DNA of 64,000 nucleotides from the human T2T-CHM13v2.0 reference genome, Homo sapiens. Both the position numbers and the translations under genes were made by a program. Below the pieces are notes generated by a model. It was not told where the DNA came from and did no database searches. It saw only the letters and a list, made by a program, of their open reading frames with translations. The stretch lies in the NCBI RefSeq assembly GCF_009914755.1, contig NC_060946.1. One strand, written 5' to 3'. Below, in pieces: positions 36,276-64,000 of this stretch. The first letter of the stretch is position 1. Each line of letters starts with the position of its first letter.

Positions 36276-36572
36276 GGCTGGGCGTGGTGGCTCACGCCTG
36301 TTAATTCCAACTTTGGGAGGCCGAGGCAGGCAGACCACCTGAGGTCAGGATTTCAAGACCAGCTTGTGCAACATGGTGAAACCTCATCTCTACAAAAATT
36401 AGCCAGACATGGTGATGCACGCCTGCAGTCCCAGCTAATTGGGAGGCTGAGGTGGGAGGATTACTTGAGTCTGGCTGCGGAGGTTGCAGTGAGCTGAGAT
36501 AGTGCCACTGCACTCCAGCCTTGGCAACAGAGTGAGACTTTGTCTCAAAAAAAAAAAAAAAAAAAAAAAAAA
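36276..36572 (+). mobile_element. Alu whose A26 tail abuts the POLDIP3 3' end
   Basis: Tail at 36547-36572. Confidence 0.9.
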
Positions 36573-36600
36573 GATAACTCAAAGGTAGGAATAACAAATG

Positions 36601-36606
36601 TTTATT
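36601..36606 (-). terminator. POLDIP3 polyadenylation signal AATAAA (3'UTR about 36580-38655)
   Basis: TTTATT on + at the end of about 2 kb of repeat-free sequence after the stop. Confidence 0.85.
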
Positions 36607-38655
36607 CAGAAATGGATAAGTAATACATAATCACCCTTCATCTCTTAATGCCCCTTCCTCTCCTTCTGCACAGGAGACACAGATGGGTAACATAGAGGCA
36701 TGGGAAGTGGAGGAGGACACAGGACTAGCCCACCACCTTCTCCTCCCGGTCTCCCAAGATGACTGCTTATAGAGTGGAGGAGGCAAACAGGTCCCCTCAA
36801 TGTACCAGATGGTCACCTATAGCACCAGCTCCAGATGGCCACGTGGCTGCAGCTGGACTCAATGAAACTCTGTGACAACCAGAAGATACCTGCTTTGGGA
36901 TGAGAGGGAGGATAAAGCCATGCAGGGAGGATATTTACCATCCCTACCCTAAGCACAGTGCAAGCAGTGAGCCCCCGGCTCCCAGTACCTGAAAAACCAG
37001 GTCCTACTGCCTTCTGGATGCTCTCTTGGGCCAGGAAGGGAAAAGTGTGGGAGGAATGTCTTCCAGCTGCTAACGAGAAGTCTGCACCCACTTGAAAGGG
37101 TTAGGAGAATAAAAAGCAGCATTCTTTAAAGAACTGCAAGTGGAGCACCACCAGGCCCCTTCCTTGGACTTTCCCGTCCTGGGCAGCCTCAGAGCCTGCA
37201 CACTGAAGCTGGGTTCAAATCCTGGGTCCTTCCTGCCTGACAGACTGACCCCTGGAAACATGAGTCTCTGGTTTTTTTCACTGGGCTAGCCTCAAGCAAA
37301 TCTTGGGAGCTCTTGAGTATCTTCGGCATGTGCCTTTTCCAGCACTTGCTACTGATTTTGCAGAGCTCCCAGAACCGTGCTCCCCAACTGGCTCCAGCTC
37401 TGCCAGCCTGGATTCTCTTCACTCCCAACCAGCAGGGGACCACTCAGTGACAACACTGGCCTGGTCATTCAGGGACTGCCTGGGCTCTGAAGTTTCGTCC
37501 CAACTGTCTGCGCCTATGCTGGGGAAACACCTTGCCTGGTAGAGCTGCCCTGCTCCCTTGACTCCTCCTCCTCTGCCAAGGCAGGAAAATAATCCTCTGG
37601 TCATGGATGGATGGGGTCACTCACATAAGTGGGAACAAACAGTGCCCCTTGGTGGCAGCTGGATATATGCCTCCAGGCATCCCTGACCACTGTCCTGTAG
37701 ACAACTGAGGCCAGAAATGGAGAGCCAGGAACAAACTGACCTCTTCCATTCAAATAAGCTCCAAACCCAAGCACTGCACAATGGGAGGCTGAGCCTTTCA
37801 AAGGCCCAACCAGAAGAGAGCTGGCGGCTACACAAAACCAGGGTGTGGTTAAGTGCCAGGCGAGGTGAGAACCGGGAGGGCTCACAACACAGCCCCCTCC
37901 CAGCAAAGACACCCAGAAGGGAAAGAGAGCTGGGGTGGGGCATTCAGCACAACTCAAGGAAAAGGGAAAGGTGAACTCTGGAGAACTTCCTCTGGGTGGA
38001 GACGACACGGGACTCCAAGCCAAGAGCTTAGATAGACTCTTCCCAGCGGTGCAGCCTCATCCTGCCCTTGCCACTAGTGAGGCCTGGAGCCACTGGGGAG
38101 AGGACAAGAGGCCTGAGACCTGCTCCCCACCCAGGCACCTCCACTGACAAGACAGAGGAGCGGCACAGCTCTCAGGCCGACCTGGCTCCCGTCAGGACAC
38201 CAGGGCTCTCCATCCCCTCCATTGTTTGAAAAGCTTAATACACACAAAGGAAAGGCAGCCCCTCGGCCCCTGGAAAAAGCAGGGTCCTTCAGACAGCCCC
38301 CACGCTGCATCCCATGGGGCCACAAGAAAGCCACCCAGAGAATTCAGTGTACCATTTCCAGATAAGAAATCAGCTTGGGGCTGAGGCTCGGGGAGGCACA
38401 CACTGAAAAACACAAGCCTACCTTGGCGATGAGATGAAGAAACATACTACAGGAAACGTTAACGTAGAGAGAAGAGCACAGGGCAGAACACAACACAGAA
38501 AGGCGGGTCCCATCCAGTGAGGAAGCTCTTTATCCCTGGCAACCCTTCCCACAATCAGGGGTCTCCAGTCCGATGGCCCATTGGTCATAAGCTTTGCCTT
38601 GGGGAAACAGAGCCACCCTCCTCTGCCCCCACTTCTGGCTGCCTCACTCCCCTGC

Positions 38656-56026
<17,371 letters not shown>

Positions 56027-56689
56027 CTGTAAATATAAATTGCAATCAATATTAAGTGGATCTGGGTATCTACAGCAGTCTATGAAAGCGGAACTGTGGT
56101 AACACTGGGGACAGAGGAGGCCCTGGAGAATCAGAAAGCGGCTCCTTGCCTGTGATTGAATAAACGATTATGCCTACATGATGACTCCTTTCCTGGTTTC
56201 ATGATGGCTTTTAACTTTGCATTTTAAGCAAAATTAAGAGAGAGGGGCTGGCAAGTTTTATTCCTAGTTAAGAGTGTTTTGCTTCCTAGACCACGTGTCT
56301 TGAGACACCAACATGGACAATAACTTCCCAACAATGCCAGTCAAATAAAATAAACATCCACCAAATCTAATCCCACTCATCTGAGGAGTAACTTTAGTTT
56401 CCAAGGCCCATCCCCATCCATGTTCTCACTCAGCCCTCTCAGCACCCTGAGAAGTACTTACTATGCCCACTTTACAGTGGGAGAAGCAGGTTTGGAGAGG
56501 CTCAATGATTAACAAAGAGTGTCTCTAAGGAAGGCAGACACCATCTACTGGGCTAAGACCAAGAGAGCAAACATATGGGTCTGGCTTAGAGCTAGAGGAA
56601 AACAGAAAACACAAAGACTTGGTAGGAAAGAAAGAAAAAATTGCAATAGCAAAAATATCAAATACAGAAACCACTGAAATTGGAAATGA

Positions 56690-56806
56690 TCGGGTACAGG
56701 GTTCGCTATTTGGGTAATGGGTACACTAGAAACCTAATCCTCACCAGTATGCAATATAATCCATGGAACAAACATGTACATGTACCCCCTGAATTTAAAA
56801 TAAAAT
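56690..56806 (+). mobile_element. L1 3'-end fragment
   Basis: gggtacactagaaacc...catgtaccccctgaatttaaaataaaa. Confidence 0.65.
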
Positions 56807-57677
56807 ATTTTTTTTAACTGGAAATGAATGAAACTCCATAAACAGGCCCCGGTCTCTTTCTTGGGTTCCTCTGTTGGCCTACAGTGGCTTGAAAGTGAAC
56901 AGAAGGCCCTCCTGAGTATAGCGCTGGAGATCCTCCCCAAGGTCTTTGGGCTTCTTCTGTCGCCTCCCACCCTCAGGCCTCTCTACAATAGCTACCCTCA
57001 ACGGCCACTCATGCGGCAGACGCTCTGCCTGCGGACTCCTATGTCAAGGGGTGCTCTTTGGGAAACCCTCCCGGATTTCTCCAGGCCAACTCTCCTCTGT
57101 GCCTATTATTATACCTGCTTGTTTCCTTTTTTCTCTCCCTACCCTGGGTGGGGCGGGGGGAGGAGAATGGGGTTCAGTCCTTTTGCAGGGCCCAGCACCT
57201 CCTAAGCAGCATCGAGCCCTGGCTGAGTGTCAGAAACTCCTGTGGAGCTTCTTAAATACAGAGCTGTCCAGATCCCACCCTAGATGCTGAATCCAAAATC
57301 TGGGGCGAGGCCTGGCCATCTGCATTTTTAACTCCATGGGTGATTCTGGAGAAGAGCCATGTTGAGGATCTCTGACCTGCTGTTAGAGGGTAAACTCTGC
57401 TGCATAAACGAGTTCCTGTATTGCCTCCCACTTCACTGCCTGGACCTCCCAGGAGGCATCTCTCATACTGGGTCAGTCACTGGCACTCTCCCACTGCTGC
57501 ATTCCAGTGGCTGGAGTGAGATTGGCTGTCAGTTCCTCTGCTAATGAATACCAGAAGTGCAGCCAAAGGTGAGTCTACCTGGTACCAATAAAAGCAAACG
57601 TGGACCTTCATCTTGTTATCCCTCAAATAATGGAAAAACACCTGCTGCCTCCAATATGCCAGTACCAAACCTAAGGC

Positions 57678-58358
57678 GGTAATACAGACTGAACATCTGT
57701 GTCCCCCCAAAATTCCTCTGTTGAAGCCTAATCTGCAATGTGATGGTGGTAGAAGGTGGTGGCCTTTGGGAAGTGATTAAGTCATGAGGACAGAGACTTC
57801 ACAAATGGGATTAGTGCCCTTTATAAGGAAGAAGCCCCAGAAAGCTCCTTGGCCCCTTCCACCATGTCAGGACTCAGCAAAAAGACCATCTACAACCAGG
57901 AAGCAGGCAGGCCCTCATCAGACATGGAATCTGCCAGCATCCTGATCCTGGACTTCCCAGACTCTCTGTGACAAGGAAGTTTCTTTTCTTCAGTTTTGTT
58001 TTGTTTTGTTTGAGATGGAGTCTTGCTCTGTCATCCAGGCTGGAGTGCAGTGGCGCAATCTTGGCTCACCGCAAGCTCCGCCTCCCGGGTTCATGCCATT
58101 CTCCTGCGCCAGCCTCCCAAGTAGCTGGGACTACAGGCGCCCGCCACCACGGCCGGCTAATTTTTTGCATTTTTAGTAAAGATGGGGTTTCACCGTGTTA
58201 GCCAGGATGCTGTCGATCTCCTGACCTCGTGATCCGCCTGCCTTGGCCTCCAAAGCGTTACGATTACAGGCGTGAGCCACTGCGCCCGGCAGTTTCTGTT
58301 TTTTATAAGTTACCCAGCTTAGGGTATTTTCTTATAGTAGCCTAAACGGACTAAAACA
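57678..58358 (+). mobile_element. MLT1A-like MaLR LTR split by a minus-strand AluY
   Basis: tgtgtccccccaaaattc...ggtattttcttatagtagcctaaacggactaaaaca. Confidence 0.7.
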
Positions 58359-59986
58359 GGCAGTGATGCATGCTATCATTTTTCTCTTTGGAGTGGCAAA
58401 TTCAGATTTAAAGATTTTCCAGTGGGTTCTGGGTAGAAGGGTCATTTATACAATTAATCAGATAAGGCTTAAGGTTTACTTGGCCATTCCTGTCCTATTT
58501 TTTTAATGTGAGGACTCTGGGAGATGGAGGCACTAGAGAAAGCAGGGCCAAAGGAAGGGAGTGTTCAGGGGGTCGGCATGCACGATTAGAAAGAAATGGT
58601 TGTATGTGGTAGATGGCATCCACCCTCCCTAGGACTGGGCTACCCTAGGCTTCGTGTTCCATGGCCTACAAAGCCATAGACAAACTGGGACTATGCTTTG
58701 GGGTGACCTCAGAAACTTGCAGCTAGGCCAGGCACAGTGACTCACACCTGTAATCCCAGCACTTTGGGAGGCCGAGGCTGATGGATTACTTGAGGTGAGG
58801 TGTTCAAGACCTGCCTGGCCAACATGGTGAAACCCCGTCCCTACTAAAAATACAAAAATTAGCCAGACGTGGTGGCACGCGCCTATAATCCTAGCTACTC
58901 GGAAGGCTGAGGCAGGAGAATCAGTTGAACCCAGGAGATGGAGGTTACAGCAAGCCAAGATCACACCACTGCACTCCAGCCTGGGCGACAGAGCAAGACT
59001 CTGTTTCAAAAAAAATAAAGGACATGATCAATGAAAACTTCTGAGTATTACTCACTACAGGTTGACAATTTTTCACACAGACTTTTTTTTTTTTTTAAGA
59101 AACAAGGCTGGGCACAGTGGCTCATGCCTGTAATCTCAGCACTTTGGGAGGCCAAATGGCAGGATGGCTTGAGCCCAGGAGATCGAGAACAGCACGGGCA
59201 ACATAGCGAGACTCCCTGGGCATGGTGGCTCACACCATGTAATCTCAGCACTTTGGAAAGCTGAGGCAGGAGGATGGCTTGAGCCCAGGAGTTCAGGACC
59301 AGCCTGGGCAATATAGTGAGACTCCATCTCTATAAAAATGAAAGCAGAAAATTATCTGGGCATGGCAGCATGAGTCTACTCCACAGGCTGAAGCAGGAAG
59401 ACCACCTGAGCCCCAGACTGCAATGTTGCCGTGAGCCAGGATCGAGATACTGTCCTCCAGGCTGGACAACAGAGCAAGACCCTGTCTCAAAAACATATTT
59501 TAAAAAATTTAAAAGGACAGAATCTCATTCTGCTGCTCAGGATGGAGTGCAGTGATCATAGCTCACTACAGCCTTGACCTCCTGCCTCAGCCTTCTAAGT
59601 ATGGAGCCACCATGCCCAGCTTTAGACGTCCTTTAAATGTTACAACCCCGTGAATCAGGTTATTGTTCACATCTTATAAATGAGGAAACTCAGAACCAAG
59701 GAGATTAACTATCCCAAGAGCTACTAAGGGGTGAGGAATGGACTTGAACTTCACTGTACCTGGTTCAAGCATCAATTAAATAAGCATGGGTCAAGAGTAA
59801 ACAGCAGAGCTGGAAGAGTTAAGAAAAAAACTTCTAAAAAATAAAAAACACCAGGAGCAGTAGCTCATGCCTGTAATCCCAACACTTTGGGAGGCCAAGG
59901 CGGGCAGATCGCTTGAGCCCAGGTGTTCGAAACCAGCCTGGGCAACATGGCAAAACCCTGTCTCTACAAAAGATACAAAAAAAATT

Positions 59987-61130
59987 CCCTCCCCCTCCCC
60001 CTCTCCCCAGTTTCCCTCTGATGCCGAGCCGAGGCTGGACTGTACTGCCGCCATCTCGGCTCACTGCAGCCTCCCTGCCTGATTCTCCTGCCTCAGCCTG
60101 CCGAGTGCCTGGGATTGCAGGCGCGCACCGCCATGCCTGACTGGTTTTTGTATTTTTTGGTGGAGACGGGGTTTCGCTGTGTTGGCCGGGCTGGTCTCCA
60201 GCTCCCGACCGCAAGTGATCTGCCTGCCTCGGCCTCCCGAGGTGCCGGGATTGCAGACGGAGTCTCGCTCAATCAGTGCTCGTTGCCCAGGCTGGAATGC
60301 AGTGGAGTGATCTCGGCTCGCTACAACCTCCACCTCCCAGCCGCCTGCCTTGGCCTCCCAAAGTGCCGAGATTGCAGCCTCTGCCCGGCTGCCACCCCGT
60401 CTGGGAAGTGAGGAGCGTCTCTGCCTGGCCGCCCATCGTCTGGGATGTGAGGAGCCCCTCTGCCCGGCCGTCCAGTCTGGGAAGTGAGGAGCGCCTCTTC
60501 CCGGCCGCCATCCCATCTAGGAAGTGAGGAGCGTCTCGGCCCGGCCGTCCATCGTCTGAGATGTGGGGAGAGCCTCTGCCCCGCTGCCCCGTCTGGGATG
60601 TGAGGAGCGCCTCTGCCCGGCCGCGACCCCATCTGGGAACTGAGGAGTGTCTCTGCCCGACCGCCACCCCGTCTGGGAGGTGAGGAGCTTCTCTGCCCGG
60701 CCACCCCGTCTGGGAAGTGAGGAGCCCCTCCGCCCAGCAGCCGCCCCGTCTGGGAAGTGAGGAGCGTCTCCGCCCGGCAGCCGCCCCGTCTGGGAGGGAG
60801 GTGGGGGGCAGCCCCCGCACAGCCAGCCGCCCTGTTCGGGAGGTGGGGGGCGCCTCCACCCAGCCACCACCCCGTCTGGGAAGTGAGGAGCCCCTCTGCC
60901 CGGCCGCCACCCCGTCTGGGAGGTGTACCCAACAGCTCATTGAGAACGGGCCATGAAGACGATGGCGGTTTTGTCGAATAGAAAAGGGGGAAATGTGGGG
61001 AAAAGAGAGATCAGATTGTTACTGTGTCTGTGTAGAAAGAAGTAGACGTGGGAGACTTCATTTTGTTCTGTACTAAGAAAAATTCTTCTGCCTTGGGATG
61101 CTGTTAATCTATAACCTTACCCCCCCCCCC
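59987..61130 (+). mobile_element. SVA retrotransposon (short hexamer, Alu-like region, VNTR, 3'-truncated SINE-R) inserted in an Alu linker, antisense in POLDIP3 intron 1
   Basis: CCCTCC hexamers, GCCCCGTCTGGGAAGTGAGGAGC VNTR at about 60380-60925, SINE-R start CCCAACAGCTCATTGAGAACGGGCC; TSD AAAAAAAATT at 59977-59986 and 61132-61141. Confidence 0.95.
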
Positions 61131-62877
61131 AAAAAAAAATTAGCTGCAAGTGATGATGCACATCTGTAGTCCCAGCTACTCAGAAGGCCAAGGCAGGAGG
61201 ATCAACTAAGCCCAGGAGGTCCAGGCTGCAGTGAGCCAAGATCACACCACTGGACTCCAGCCTGGGAGACAGAACAAGACCCTGTCTCAAAAATCAAAAC
61301 AAAACAAAACAAAAAAAAACCACCACCACCAAAACAAAAAGAAACAATCTTCCTTATCATTATTGTCTGGTATTTCAGTTTCAATATGTTGTTAAACCCT
61401 TAAAAATTTATACATATATATAAAGGAAGGATAAACAGTCCGCAGGCTGAAGAAATCTTAGGACTCCGGTCATGCCCAGGGATACGGAGCACTCTCTAGC
61501 GACCAAAGGGTGAGCACAAGCAGCGAGGCGAGCGGGTGGTGCACGCACTGAGAACTCGCATACCACAATGCCTGCCTGGCAGGAAGGACCACCAAGATGC
61601 TTTGTGCTGGCATTTTTATCTATTTGAACAGCCTAAAAGGCACATTTAGGGGTGGGAGTTAACGGTAGTTGAGGATGTAGTAGGAGCTCCTCACGGTGGG
61701 AGGGAGTAAGCTATTTCCCTCAATCTGATGCACTCAGTTCCCTGGTTCCACCAGTGCTTTCAACTTCTTTCGTGAACAGCTTGAGGGGGCTTCAGTGTTC
61801 AGGCTTTTTATAATCACAGCTGCTCTTCCTGCATGAAAAGACAGCTATTCATCCCAGCAGGCAGCAGTACTGGTTTCAGGCAGGCATTAGTCATCGGAAA
61901 TTTTTCAAATCAACACTCCTGCCAGGGGTAGGTCTCTAAAACACAGACTCAATTATGTTACCCTCCCGCTTCTAGAACTGCTGGGGGCTCCTTTACAAAG
62001 CCCAACCCCTGGGGGGGCCTCGGCTCTGGCTCCAGCTTATGGCTGCAGCCTTACTCCCCACTGCAGTGACTACTGACGTTCCCAAAACACATCCTGCACT
62101 TTTATCCTCAGTAAATGTTTGGGAGGGCGAAGGAGGAAGGTTTTGACTGAGTCTCGTAATGCCCCACCTCCATCGCACCGAAACTACAGCTCTGCAACTG
62201 CTTCCAGGGCTTCACCAGGTATTCCGCGAGGTCCTGGCAAGAGCGCTGCTGGCAGGTGAGAAGGCAAACGTTCCCTGGACCCCAAATTCTCTCCTCTATA
62301 CCCCCTACGGGAACCTGGCATAGGTGTGATGACCAGGGAGGGTCTGTCTGGGCTATAGGAATATTTCACCCTCCTGGCTCTGTCTGGGGAGGGCAGGGCT
62401 ACAGCCCATTCTGGACAGATGTCCAGTCCAAAAGATTCAGGCCCATGAAGTGGGGCCCTGGATTATTATAAAGCAGATTTTAACCCATGGGTTTAAAATC
62501 CTCTGGGTTATGGGAGGCAGAGGTTGCCATGAGCCAAGATCGCACCACTGCACTCCAGCCTGGGTGACAGAGCAAGATTCCGTCTTATAAAAACAAACAA
62601 AAAAAGCTTCTGGGTTAGGGGGTGTTCGTTTAGGTGTGTGTTTAGGTCATTTTTATAGAGAGAAAACAGCTTAATTCTAACTATGACTGAGGGTCAACTC
62701 TGAATTAGGTGTTTAAGAGACACAAAGAAAAACAAGACACTAAAATACTATCCCCTGCTGGGCGAGGTGGCTCACGCCTGTAATCCCAAGCACTTTGGGA
62801 GGCTGAGATGGGCGGATCACTTGAGGTCAGGAGTTTGAGACCAGCCTGGCCAACATGGTGAAACCCTGTCTCTACTA

Positions 62878-63099
<222 letters not shown>

Positions 63100-63453
63100 T
63101 CATTTTAAAACATAATTCGTTCCCTAGAGTTATGTAATAACTCATTTCCTCCCTTTTGTGTTTAGGTCTTTATTTCCTTTATCTTATTTCAACAAGGAAA
63201 CAAGCAGTCAGTACCAGGACCAGAGTCCTGGGCTGAACTGCAAAGTTTACAATCCACCCTGTCCCCCAACAACCTCCCACTTCCAGCTCCAAGGACTCCC
63301 CAGATGAGGCGTCTGGCCCAGAGAGCTGCTCAACTCCAGCCTCCAGCACATTCAAGGCTGCCACACTGAACTGCTTGGAGGCAGCTGACAGAAAGCTATC
63401 CGCTGAGGGTTAAACTCATCGAACTAACAAAAGCGGACATGTCAACTGACTTA

Positions 63454-63861
<408 letters not shown>

Positions 63862-64000
63862 TCACAACTAAAGTCACTGGAGATGTGCTGTGGTGAGGAA
63901 AGATAGCACCTCACCATGGAGGAAGGTATCACTCAAAACCACCCTCTTCTGGTTCAATCATTTCCCATTAGTCAAGGAATCTTTTAATAATTAATTGGAG

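Noticed and set aside
37640-37656. CTCF-like GCCACCAAGGGGCACTG in the POLDIP3 3'UTR
   Set aside because: Mismatch at a conserved core position and no independent support.
60380-60925. CRISPR-like repeat array
   Set aside because: Eukaryotic SVA VNTR with no unique spacers and no cas genes.
60061-60981. Several 150-223-aa ORFs on both strands
   Set aside because: These are the GC-rich SVA VNTR, with no coding signature.

Overview
Human (primate) genomic DNA, GC-rich and very Alu-dense, recognisable as the chr22q13.2 SERHL2 / RRP7BP / POLDIP3 locus. It holds three genes. (1) SERHL2 is complete on the + strand: 12 coding exons, 6887-26920, reassembling to a 314-aa alpha/beta-hydrolase with GHSFG. 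(2) RRP7BP, the duplicated RRP7A paralogue, is on the - strand with 7 exons, 34866-27598. Its only frame-disrupting lesion is a 10-nt deletion in a phase-0/phase-0 exon 3. (3) POLDIP3/SKAR exons 2-9 and 3'UTR are on the - strand; exon 1 lies beyond the window. Repeats include LTR6- and LTR13-type solo LTRs upstream of SERHL2, an AluYb8, a 3'-truncated SVA, U6 and 7SK retrocopies, a near-perfect BC200 retrocopy, and older DNA/LTR/L1 relics. Almost all ORFs in the supplied track are Alu/SVA or GC-rich artefacts. There is no prokaryote-type system here. The most interesting unexplained structures are an Alu-7SK-HERV-H(LTR7) chimeric unit that could be Pol III transcribed, an in-frame rescue route for the RRP7BP 'pseudogene', a BC200 copy with its own terminator next to the TDP-43-regulated POLDIP3 exon, and a locally templated insertion inside an Alu. 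Gene and repeat-family names come from my recall of reference sequences, not from searches. Exon coordinates were checked by reading frame and length.
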